A stretch of 59,964 nucleotides of DNA from Aristaeellaceae bacterium (GTDB taxonomy: Bacteria; Bacillota; Clostridia; Christensenellales; Aristaeellaceae): contig JBJEJN010000068.1 in NCBI GenBank assembly GCA_051878085.1, positions 1-59,964 of the forward strand. Direction: 5' to 3'. The position numbers were made by a program, and so were the translations under genes. The notes under the pieces were generated by a model that was not told the DNA's origin, ran no database searches, and saw only the letters and a list, made by a program, of their open reading frames with translations. Below are positions 18,554 through 27,800 of the stretch, piece by piece (within the stretch, counting starts at the first letter, position 1; every line of letters starts with the position of its first letter).

Positions 18554-19820
18554 CAAGGTTTACAACGGATACATTGCAATTCTCAAGCATGAGCTGGTGC
18601 CGGCGATGGGTTGCACCGAACCGATCGCCGTCGCGTTTGCTGCGGCGAAGGCCCGGGATGTCCTGGGCAGGTTCCCGGAGCACATCACCGCCTACCTCAG
18701 CGGCAACATCATCAAAAACGTCAAGGGCGTGACCGTGCCCAATTCCGGCGGACAGCGCGGCATCGACGTGGCCGCGACCCTGGGCTGCGTGGCGGGCGAC
18801 GCAGCTCTGGAGCTGGAGGTCATCAAAAACGCCACCCCGGAGCAGATCGAGCGCACCACCCAGCTGGTAAAGGACGGCTTCTGTGACGCGCAGCTGGTGG
18901 AGGGCAAGGACAACCTCTACATCCGCATCCTGGCAACCGCCGGCGAGGACAGCGCCGCGGTCACCGTGGAGCACGAGCACACGAACATCACCCGCATCGA
19001 AAGGAACGGAGAGGTGCTGCTCTCCAGGGAGGACGAGCGCGCCGCCAGCGACGAGGTGGTGGTGGACAAGAGCCTGCTGAACGTGCGCCAGATCGTGGAG
19101 TTCGCCAACGAGGTGCGGCTGGAGGACGTGAAGCCCATGCTGGAGCGCCAGATCGCCATGAACACCGCCATCTCCCAGGAGGGCCTGACGGGCAAGTACG
19201 GCGCGGCGGTGGGCAAGACCATGATGGAGATCAACGGCGACCACGTGGAGGGCCGCGCCGCCGCACGCGCCGCCGCAGGCTCCGACGCGCGCATGAACGG
19301 CTGCAGCATGCCGGTGGTCATCAACTCCGGCAGCGGCAACCAGGGCATGACCATCACCCTGCCCATCTGCGAGTACGCAAAGACCTGGAACAAGGACGAG
19401 GAGACCACGCTGCGCGCGCTGGCGCTGGCGAACCTGATCTCCGTACATATCAAGCGCCACATCGGCAACCTCTCCGCCTTCTGCGGCGCGGTCAGCGCGG
19501 GCTGCGGCACTGCCTGCGGCATCGCCTACATGGACGGCTGCACCTACGACCAGATCTGCATGACCATCACCAACACGCTGTGCAACGTGGGCGGTATCGT
19601 CTGCGACGGCGCGAAGAGCTCCTGCGCGGCAAAGATCGCCTCCGCCGTCAGCGCGGGCCTGCTCTCCTACCGCATGGCCAAGGAGGACAAGTGCTTCCAG
19701 GACGGCGAGGGCCTGGCCGGCGGCGACATCGAGGAGACCATCCGGAACATCGGCCGCATGGGCCGCGACGGCATGAAGTCCACCGACGTGGAGATCCTGA
19801 ACATCATGGTGGGCAACTGA
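18546..19820 (+). CDS. L-cysteine desulfidase family protein (UPF0597 / serine dehydratase alpha-like, CyuA/CdsB-like)
   Basis: Hallmark N-terminus LVPAMGCTEPIAVAFAAA and a length of about 424 aa. Overlaps the GntR gene by 8 nt. Confidence 0.8.
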   Translation: MDSKVYNGYIAILKHELVPAMGCTEPIAVAFAAAKARDVLGRFPEHITAYLSGNIIKNVKGVTVPNSGGQRGIDVAATLGCVAGDAALELEVIKNATPEQIERTTQLVKDGFCDAQLVEGKDNLYIRILATAGEDSAAVTVEHEHTNITRIERNGEVLLSREDERAASDEVVVDKSLLNVRQIVEFANEVRLEDVKPMLERQIAMNTAISQEGLTGKYGAAVGKTMMEINGDHVEGRAAARAAAGSDARMNGCSMPVVINSGSGNQGMTITLPICEYAKTWNKDEETTLRALALANLISVHIKRHIGNLSAFCGAVSAGCGTACGIAYMDGCTYDQICMTITNTLCNVGGIVCDGAKSSCAAKIASAVSAGLLSYRMAKEDKCFQDGEGLAGGDIEETIRNIGRMGRDGMKSTDVEILNIMVGN

Positions 19821-19836
19821 CAAATGTATTCATATG

Positions 19837-19864
19837 CTGCGCTCCGCACGGGGCGCAGTTTTTA
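19837..19864 (+). terminator. intrinsic terminator after the cysteine-desulfidase-family gene
   Basis: Stem ctgcgc-N10-gcgcag followed by ttttta. Confidence 0.55.
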
Positions 19865-19950
19865 TTGGAAATGGATGAGCGGCGGAATGCCGCCGTGCGC
19901 CCGCCGGGGAAACCCCGCAGGGATTTCCGCAGCGGCATGCGCACAGACAA

Positions 19951-20000
19951 GACGGGCGAACGGAGATCACATCGATCCGTTCGCCCGTCATTTTTGGTTT
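19951..20000. terminator. strong, probably bidirectional terminator in the convergent gap before guaA
   Basis: A 14-bp stem (gacgggcgaacgga...tccgttcgcccgtc) is followed by atttttggtttt on the plus strand and by ttgtctgt on the minus strand. Confidence 0.7.
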
Positions 20001-20060
20001 TGATAGTATCGTTCAGCGCCCGAAAGCCCCTGCAATCACAGGATTTTCAGAGCTTCCCCA

Positions 20061-21602
20061 TCATTCCCACTCGATGGTTCCCGGGGGTTTTCCGGTGATG
20101 TCGTACACGACGCGGTTGACCCCGCGCACCTCGTTGATGATGCGGCTGGTGGTCTTCTTCAGCACGGCATAGGGGATCTCGGCGGCCTCGACGGTCATGG
20201 CGTCGTCGGACACCACCGCGCGCAGGGCCACGCAGCCGGTGTAGCTGCGGCCGTCGCCCATGCAGCCCACCGTGCGCACGCCGGTCCACACCGCGAAGGA
20301 CTGCCAGATCTGTTCGCTCAGGCCCGCCTTCTCCAGCTCGTCCAGGAAGATGGCGTCGCACTCCCGCAGGGAATCCAGCTTCTCGCGGGTCAGCTCACCG
20401 ATGCAGCGCACCGCCAGGCCCGGGCCCGGGAAGGGCTGCCGCCAGACCATCTTGTGCGGAATGCCCAGCGCCTCGCCCACCGCGCGCACCTCGTCCTTGA
20501 ACAGGTTTGCCAGCGGCTCCACGATGTGATCCTTCGTAAACAGGCTGTCCTTGGGCAGACCGCCCACGTTGTGGTGGCTCTTGATGGTGGCGCTGCCGCC
20601 CATGCCGCTCTCGATGCGGTCGGGGTAGATGGTTCCCTGGAGCAGGAAGTCCGCGCCGGTCTTGCGGGCCTCCTCCTCGAACACGCGCACGAACAGCTCA
20701 CCGATGATCTTGCGCTTGCGCTCGGGATCGGTCACGCCCTTCAGCGCCTCCAGGAAGCGCTCGGACGCGTCCACATGGATGATGTCCAGGCCAAGGTTGT
20801 GCTTGTAGGTCTCGATCACCTGCTTGGCCTCGTCCTTGCGCAGCAGGCCGTGATCCACGAACACGCAGGTCAACTGGCCGGGCTTGAGCGCGCGGTTTGC
20901 CAGCACGCAGGCCACGGAGGAATCCACGCCGCCGGAGATGCCGCCGACGACCCGGCCCTCGCCCACCTGTTCGCGGATGCCGCGCAGCATGATCTCAATC
21001 TGATCCTCCGCCTTGTAGGTCTCCTTGCAGCCGCACACGCCGCGCACGAAGTTCTTGAGCATCGTCGTGCCCTCGACGGAGTGCTTCACCTCGGGGTGGA
21101 ACTGCACGCCGTACAGGCCGCGCACCTCGTCGGCAAACTCCGCGTAGGGGCAGTTGTCGGTGTGGGCATAGGATGCGAAGCCCTCCGGCAGGCGGGAGAC
21201 CCGGTCGTTGTGGTTCATGAACACGTGGGTTGCACGCTGCACGCCGTGGAACAGCGCGGAGTCCTCGGTATAGAGCAGCGTATCGCCGTACTCGCTGACG
21301 TTCGCGCTCTCCACCTCGCCGCCGTAGAGGTAGTTCAGCAGCTGCATGCCGTAGCAGATGCCCAGCACCGGAACATGCAGGGAATCGATCAGCGCCCGGT
21401 CGATCCTCGGCGCGCCGTCCTCGTAGACGCTGGCCGGGCCGCCGGTGAGGATCACGCCCCGCAGCGAATCGTCCTTCCAGGCGGAAGCGTCCGTGGCGTA
21501 GGGCAGAATTTCACAGTATACGCCCATCTCGCGCACGCGCCTGGCTATCAGTTGGTTGTATTGGCCGCCGAAATCGAGAATGATGATCTTCTCGCTGTAC
21601 AC
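20061..21602 (-). CDS. guaA: GMP synthase (glutamine-hydrolysing)
   Basis: GATase region ILDFGGQYNQLIARR, PP-loop SGGVDSSV, and a C-terminus ending PPGTIEWE. The start codon is GTG at 21600-21602, with AGGAGG 10 nt upstream. Confidence 0.95.
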   Translation of the reverse strand: MYSEKIIILDFGGQYNQLIARRVREMGVYCEILPYATDASAWKDDSLRGVILTGGPASVYEDGAPRIDRALIDSLHVPVLGICYGMQLLNYLYGGEVESANVSEYGDTLLYTEDSALFHGVQRATHVFMNHNDRVSRLPEGFASYAHTDNCPYAEFADEVRGLYGVQFHPEVKHSVEGTTMLKNFVRGVCGCKETYKAEDQIEIMLRGIREQVGEGRVVGGISGGVDSSVACVLANRALKPGQLTCVFVDHGLLRKDEAKQVIETYKHNLGLDIIHVDASERFLEALKGVTDPERKRKIIGELFVRVFEEEARKTGADFLLQGTIYPDRIESGMGGSATIKSHHNVGGLPKDSLFTKDHIVEPLANLFKDEVRAVGEALGIPHKMVWRQPFPGPGLAVRCIGELTREKLDSLRECDAIFLDELEKAGLSEQIWQSFAVWTGVRTVGCMGDGRSYTGCVALRAVVSDDAMTVEAAEIPYAVLKKTTSRIINEVRGVNRVVYDITGKPPGTIEWE

Positions 21603-21638
21603 GCAGCAACCGCCTCCTGTTTACTCAGATTTGCAATT

Positions 21639-21667
21639 ATTATAACCGCGCGCGGATGCTTTGTCAT
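21639..21667 (-). promoter_or_regulatory. candidate promoter of guaA
   Basis: Minus strand reads ATGACA-17 nt-TATAAT, leaving a short leader of about 30 nt. Confidence 0.55.
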
Positions 21668-21885
21668 TGCGATCCCGTTAACCTGAACAATAAAATTTTT
21701 ATCATACATATTGTTCGTTATTTTGATGAATAAATCGCGGATTTATGTTAATTCTGCACAAGATCGCAGGAATTCACGGAGGAATATCGAATGTTATAGA
21801 AAGTGTGCGCGGCAGAGCGGCCGCGCGGACGGGCGTGCCCGTTCCAAGACAGGCTTTATTGATCGAACAACGGAGGAATGTTTCA

Positions 21886-23160
21886 ATGAGCAATTGTGCA
21901 ATCGTGGGCATCAACTGGGGCGACGAGGGCAAGGGCCGCATGGTGGACTACTTCGCGGATCAGTTCCAGGTGGTTGTGCGCTATCAGGGCGGCAACAACG
22001 CCGGCCACACGGTCATCAACGAGTACGGCAAATTCGCGCTGAACCTGCTGCCCTCCGGCATCTTCCATCCGGAGACCATCAACCTGCTGGGTGCGGGCGC
22101 TGTGGTTGATCTGAAGCACCTGTGCGGCGAGATCGACCGCCTGCGCGCGGCCGGTGTGAAGATCACCCCCGACAACCTGAAGATTTCCGACCGCGCCATG
22201 ATGGTGCTGCCGATCCATCCCGCGCAGGACCAGTGGGAGGAGGAGCGCCTGGGCAAGAACGCCTACGGCTCCACCCGCCGCGGCATCAGCCCCATCTACG
22301 GCGACAAGTACATGAAGAAGGCCATCCAGATGGGCGATCTGCTCCATCCGGAATCCCTGCGGGAGCACCTGCGCCGCCTGATCGACTGGAAGAACACCGT
22401 GTTCGTGGCGGGCTACGGCCAGAAGCCGGTGTCCTACGACGAGGTGCTTGCCTGGATCGAGCAGTACGGCGAGATCCTCAAGCCCCACATCTGCGACGCC
22501 TTCGAGCTGCTGGAGAGCGCACAGGCCGCAGGCAAGAGCATCATGTTCGAGGCCCAGCTGGGCGCGCTGCGCGACATCGACTACGGCATCTATCCCTTCA
22601 CCTCCTCCTCCAACCCCATCTCGGCCTACGCGCCGGTGGGCAGCGGTTGCCCCTTCCTGAAGGTGGATGAAGTCGTGGGCGTGACCAAGGCCTACTCCAC
22701 CTGCGTGGGCGAGGGCCCGTTCGTGGGCGAGCTGGACGGCGACGCGGCCCATGACCTGCGCGAGGCCGGTGCGGAGTACGGTGCGGCCACCGGCAGACCC
22801 CGCCGCGTGGCGTGGTTCGACGTGCCCGCCACCAGGTACGGCACCAAGCTCCAGGCGACCACTGCGCTGGCGCTGACCAAGATCGACGTGCTGTCCTACC
22901 TGAAGGAGATCCCGGTGTGCGTCGCCTACCGCAAGGACGGCGAGCAGACCACCCGCTTCCCCTACACCGCCGAGCTGTACAACTGCGAACCCGTGTACGA
23001 GACGCTGCCCGGCTGGAACTGCGACATCTCCAAGTGCCGCAAGTGGGAGGAGCTGCCCAAGGCTGCGCAGGACTACGTTCTCTTCCTCGAAGAGAAGGTC
23101 GGCTGCCCGATCAAGTACGTGTCCGTCGGCCCGGAGCGCGAGGCGCTGATCATTCGATAA
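21886..23160 (+). CDS. purA: adenylosuccinate synthase
   Basis: N-terminus VGINWGDEGKGRMVDY, then GNNAGHTV. GGAGGAA precedes the ATG at 21886. Confidence 0.95.
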   Translation: MSNCAIVGINWGDEGKGRMVDYFADQFQVVVRYQGGNNAGHTVINEYGKFALNLLPSGIFHPETINLLGAGAVVDLKHLCGEIDRLRAAGVKITPDNLKISDRAMMVLPIHPAQDQWEEERLGKNAYGSTRRGISPIYGDKYMKKAIQMGDLLHPESLREHLRRLIDWKNTVFVAGYGQKPVSYDEVLAWIEQYGEILKPHICDAFELLESAQAAGKSIMFEAQLGALRDIDYGIYPFTSSSNPISAYAPVGSGCPFLKVDEVVGVTKAYSTCVGEGPFVGELDGDAAHDLREAGAEYGAATGRPRRVAWFDVPATRYGTKLQATTALALTKIDVLSYLKEIPVCVAYRKDGEQTTRFPYTAELYNCEPVYETLPGWNCDISKCRKWEELPKAAQDYVLFLEEKVGCPIKYVSVGPEREALIIR

Positions 23161-23220
23161 ATTCTGTGGCGGGGGAGCTTGCTCCCCCGTTCATGTGCGA
23201 ATCCCGATGGAGGAATATTG

Positions 23221-24645
23221 ATGAAGAATACCTATGAAAGCCCGCTGAACAGCCGCTACGCAAGCAAGGAGATGCAGTACATCTTCTCCCCCGACCGCAA
23301 GTTCACCACCTGGCGCAAGCTGTGGGTGGCGCTGGCGGAGTCCGAGATGGAGCTGGGACTGCCCATCACCCAGGCGCAGGTGGACGAGCTGAAGGCGCAC
23401 ATCGACGACATCGACTACGATGCGGCCCGCCGCCACGAGGAGCGCGTGCGCCACGACGTGATGGCCCACGTGCATGCCTACGGCGACGTGTGCCCGAATG
23501 CCAAGGGCATCATTCACCTGGGCGCGACCAGCTGCTACGTCACCGACAACGCCGACATCCTGATGCTGCGCGACGCGATGCGGCTGATCCGTGCAAAGCT
23601 GATCGAGGTCATGCGCCGCCTGTCGAAGTTCGCGCTGGAGTACAAGGATCTGCCCTGCCTGGGCTACACTCACCTGCAGCCCGCGCAGCTGACCACCGTG
23701 GGCAAGCGCGCCTGCCTGTGGCTCCAGGATCTGTACATGGATCTGGACGAGCTGGACGACGCGATGGACGCGCTGAAGCTGCTGGGCAACCGCGGCGCGA
23801 CCGGCACCCAGGTGAGCTTCATGGAGCTGTTCGACGGCGACGGCGAGAAGGTGGACGAGCTGGAGAGGCGCATCGCGGACAAGATGGGCATGAAGGCCGT
23901 GTTCGACGTGTCCGGCCAGACCTATCCGCGCAAGCTGGACAGCCGCGTGCTGAGCGCCCTGTCCTCCATCGCCCAGAGCGCCTACAAGTTCGCCCAGGAT
24001 CTGCGCCTGCTGCAGTCCTTCCGCGAAATCGAGGAGCCCTTTGAGAAGAACCAGATCGGCTCCTCCGCCATGGCCTACAAGCGCAATCCCATGCGCAGCG
24101 AGCGCATCTGCGCCCTGAGCCGCCACGTGATGGCGCTGGTGCAGGACGCGCAGATGACCGCCTCCACCCAGTGGTTCGAGCGCACGCTGGACGACAGCGC
24201 CAACCGCCGCCTGTCCCTGCCCGAGGCCTTCCTCTCCACCGACGCGGTGCTGGAGCTCTACGCCAACGTGGCCGACGGCATGGTGGTGTACCCCAAGATG
24301 ATCGGCAAGCGCGTGAACGAGAACCTGCCCTTCATGGCCACCGAGGACGTGATCATGGCCTGCGTCAAGAACGGCGCGGATCGCCAGGAGATTCACGAGC
24401 GCATCCGCGTGCACTCCCAGGCCGCCGCAGCCCGCATGAAGCAGGAGGGTCTGGAGAGCGACCTGATGCAGCGCATCGCCGCCGACCCCGCCTTCCCCAT
24501 GGATCACGAGCAGCTCTCCACGCTGCTGGCCCCGGAGAAGTACACCGGACGCGCAGGCGAGCAGGCCGAGCGCTTCGTGACGAAGGTCATCCAGCCCATT
24601 CTGGACGGCGCGCAGCCCTTCGACATGGGCGAGATCAAGATCTGA
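23221..24645 (+). CDS. purB: adenylosuccinate lyase
   Basis: N-terminus YESPLNSRYASKEM plus the fumarate-lyase signature GSSAMAYKRNP. The ATG at 23221 follows GGAGGAA. Confidence 0.95.
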   Translation: MKNTYESPLNSRYASKEMQYIFSPDRKFTTWRKLWVALAESEMELGLPITQAQVDELKAHIDDIDYDAARRHEERVRHDVMAHVHAYGDVCPNAKGIIHLGATSCYVTDNADILMLRDAMRLIRAKLIEVMRRLSKFALEYKDLPCLGYTHLQPAQLTTVGKRACLWLQDLYMDLDELDDAMDALKLLGNRGATGTQVSFMELFDGDGEKVDELERRIADKMGMKAVFDVSGQTYPRKLDSRVLSALSSIAQSAYKFAQDLRLLQSFREIEEPFEKNQIGSSAMAYKRNPMRSERICALSRHVMALVQDAQMTASTQWFERTLDDSANRRLSLPEAFLSTDAVLELYANVADGMVVYPKMIGKRVNENLPFMATEDVIMACVKNGADRQEIHERIRVHSQAAAARMKQEGLESDLMQRIAADPAFPMDHEQLSTLLAPEKYTGRAGEQAERFVTKVIQPILDGAQPFDMGEIKI

Positions 24646-24659
24646 AACGCACAATTGCC

Positions 24660-24688
24660 CGGCGGGGTGAAGGCACCCCGCCCTACGG
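24660..24688 (+). repeat. REP-like GC hairpin repeat, copy 1
   Basis: Sequence cGGCGGGGTGaaggCACCCCGCCctacgg: 9-bp stem, 4-nt loop and a conserved CTACGG tail. Confidence 0.85.
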
Positions 24689-24747
24689 CTTTAAAGGGAC
24701 TGCCTCAAAACGTTTTCATCGCTTTGAGGCAGCCTGATAATGTTATT

Positions 24748-24774
24748 CGGCGGGGTGAGGGCACCCCGCCCTAC
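24748..24774 (+). repeat. REP-like GC hairpin repeat, copy 2 (followed by a T6 run)
   Basis: Sequence cGGCGGGGTGagggCACCCCGCCctac followed by tttttt. It could double as the purB terminator. Confidence 0.85.
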
Positions 24775-24803
24775 TTTTTTGTCGTTTTGAGACAGTCCCT
24801 TGT

Positions 24804-27800
24804 TTATGTCTCGTCCTCCAGCGCGATCTGGTCAAAGACCTCGTTCCACTTCATGTTCTTCATGCGGCGCTGCCGCTTCGCGTCGATTCTGGGATCGAAA
24901 AGGCAGGCCGGGCGGCAGTTGCAGTAGGTGCAGGGCGTCCAGCCGTCGAAGCTGGCGGGGCTGACCGCTGCCTCGCCGCCGCGAATCGCGTCGATCTGAG
25001 CCTGGGCCTTGCGCAGCACGTGGCGGATCAGGCGCGCAAAGTTCACATCGTCCGCGCAGGGCACGTTGGAATAGAGCTTGTTTTCCCTTGTCATGCGCGC
25101 CTGAAACACCCTTTCGGGGTTCGGGGTCTGGGCCGCGAGCAGCTCCGGGTCCTCCGGCAACAGTCCGCTCATGCGGAAGCTCTTCGCGCGCTCCTCCTCC
25201 ACCTGCTTCGGGTCGGTGCTCTGGGTGTTCACCACGCCCTCGTCCAGCGCGAAGTAGTACACCCCGGCGCTGCGGGCCTGCTTCTGCTTCAGCGCGGCTC
25301 CCAGGTACACCGGGAGCTGCAATTGCAGGCCGTGATACGCCCCCGCCAGATTCAGCGGCTTGCCGCCCAGCTTGAAGTCGATCACCCGCAGGCTGTTGCC
25401 CGCCGCCCAGCCGTCCACGCGGTCGATGCGGCCCTCCAGGATCGTGTCGCCCACCTGAAGCCGTGCGGGGCCGTCCTCCCGACCGAAGCTGCGCTCCAGC
25501 TGCTCCGTGCGGAAGGCGCTGCCCTGCATCTGCTCCGCCAGCACCCGCGCACAGCGGCAGGCCGTGGCCCGAAGCGACCGTGACTCCGCCCGGGCGCTTG
25601 CGCTGTCCTCCATGGGCGTGCCCGTGCGCATGCTCTCCAGCAGCGTATCTGCGATGCGGCCCATGCGCGCCTCGGCCTGCGCAGCGTCCATCTCGTTCAG
25701 CTCTGTGCCGCACACGCGCAGGAATTCGTACACCGCCTCGTGCAGGAAGGTGCCCATCTGGCGGCGATCCAGCTCAAAGGGCTCCACCCGATCCGGTCGC
25801 AGTCCGTAGGTCGCAAAATAGGAAAAGGGACAGCCCGCGAAGCGCTCCAGACGCGTGATGCTCTGGGACTGAAGCCTGCCGTAGAGGGATCGCGCCGCCG
25901 CCGGGTCGATGCTCTCGCGACCCGCATTGCTCCGCAGCATGCCCTCCAGGCGCTCCATGCGCGCCCGGGCCTCGGGCAGCTCCCGCCCAGCCTCCCGCAG
26001 CGCCGCAGCGGCAGAGAGATCCACCTCGCGGGCAGCGCCGCCGTCCCGGCCCTCGGCAATCGCACGGGCCGCAAGGGACGCGGCTGATCGGGGCGAGGTT
26101 GCCAGCAGGCGATACAGCTGCGCATCTCCGGACACGCTGCCGATGGGGTGCAGCCCGGGGAAGATGCCCCGCACCAGCTCCATGGTCATGCCCGGTCGCT
26201 GGGCAGAGCCGTCGCTCCCCCGCAGCGCACAGGAGAACCAGACCTCCCCGGTGGCCATGCCCAGGGCGGCCTTTAAATAGAAGCGACGCAGGAGCGCCTC
26301 GCTGCGCTCGTCCGGCCCAAGATAGGCCTTCGTCTGCCTGGACACCGCCTGACGCTGGGCCTCGGTGAGCAGTCCCTCCTCCCCGGAGCTCTTTCCGTCG
26401 GACAGTCCCAGCACGAACAGCGCCCCGGCGCGCTGCATCAGCATCCGGTTCATGCTCTGGGCGTACACCGCGTCGCCCGACTGGGGCAGCGGCTTCACCA
26501 CCGCCGCATCCAGCGACTCCGTGAGCGTCTGCCGCAGCTCCCGCAGGCTCAGCTTTCCCTCGCCCATCAGCGCCGCCATCTGATCCAGCGCGCCGATGAT
26601 GCGGTTCCAGGCCTGGGACAGCGTGCCCGCCGCCTCGCGCATGCCCTTTTCAATCAATTCCTGCTGCAATTTAAGGCTCTTTTCGTAGGCGCGCACCTCC
26701 GTCAGAAAGCCGAACAGTGCCGCCAGCTGTCCCTTCAGATCCTTCGCGTCCTTCAATTCGGCCTTCAGCTTTGCCAGCGGCTCCATCAGCCGCTTGCGCA
26801 GCGGCTCCAGCTCCGCGATCTCCGCGTCCACGCCCCGTGTGAAGGGCCGCAGCCAGCGCCCGCCGTCCACGCCCCGACGAATCGCGTAGTTCGCCAGTCG
26901 GTCGGCCTCGTCGCGGGTCAGATCCATGTAGCCGGTGCGCATCAGCGTGAACACGTCCTCCCGGCGGAAGTTCTTCTCGATCAATTGCAGCGCCGTGAGC
27001 AGGCACTCCGCCGTCGCCATGCGCGACACCGGGCGGCTGTTGTCCAGAAACAGCGGCACCTCATAGATCTGGAAGGCCTCGATCAGCGCCGGCCGGTAGG
27101 CATCCAGATCGGCGCAGATCAGCTGCATGTCGCCGTAGCGCATGCCCTGCATCGCAAGCTTTCGCGCCGTCGCCGCCGCCAGCATGCACTCCTCCCGCAC
27201 GTCCCGGGCGCAGCTCATTTGAATGTGCTCCGGCTCCCCGGCAAGCGGCTCCACGCGGTCGGCGTACAGCTCCCGGGCGAGGTGGCCGATCTCGCCGCAC
27301 GGGTGAGGCTCGTCCGGCAGCGCGTCCCTCTCCATCGCCACGCCCTGAATCTCGCAGACGTCCCGCATGCGCGCCAGCGCGTCCAGCAGCGGATCGCAGC
27401 AGTCCGCGCCCCGGGCCGAGGGATCGTTGGCCATCGGATAAAACAGCTCCGCAGCCGCAGTCTGCGCCGCCACCCCCGCGATGAGCTGCATCAGCGTGGG
27501 CGGAATCAGGTCGAAGCCAAAGAACCAGAAGTGGCCCTCCCTAAGAAACGCTGCCGACTCAAGCCGCAGCGCAGCCTCGATCAGCTCGCTCTCGCCGTCC
27601 TGATACCGTCCGCCCATGAGGGAAAGGTACGCCTCGTAGATCGCCGCAAGATCGGTCAGCTTCATGCGGGTCATGCCCGCGCTCCTTCCGGCGCAGTCAC
27701 GCAGCATCTCGGGCGTGACCCCGCCCTGCACGAAGATCTCCAGCTGCCGCGCGCAGCGGTCGGCAAAGCCCCGGCGGCGGTCGGCATTGCGGTAGACGGT

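Noticed and set aside
19865-19950. Possible small RNA between two plus-strand terminator-like hairpins.
   Set aside because: The second hairpin (19951-20000) is adequately explained as the bidirectional terminator serving the convergent guaA. There is no promoter in front of the segment.
21603-21885. Looked for a purine riboswitch or other leader between the divergent guaA and purA.
   Set aside because: The guaA leader is only about 30 nt after a good promoter. The purA side has GC hairpins but nothing resembling the conserved purine-riboswitch junction sequences. No call was made.
24655-24927. ORFs that read through the GC hairpin repeats and share the peptide RRGEGTPPYG / GTPPYG (also 28124-28312, 38613-38879, 51577-51900, and part of 27988-29034).
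   Set aside because: The shared peptide is just the translation of the repeated DNA unit. These ORFs lack SD motifs, overlap real genes or terminators, and have no other conserved sequence.
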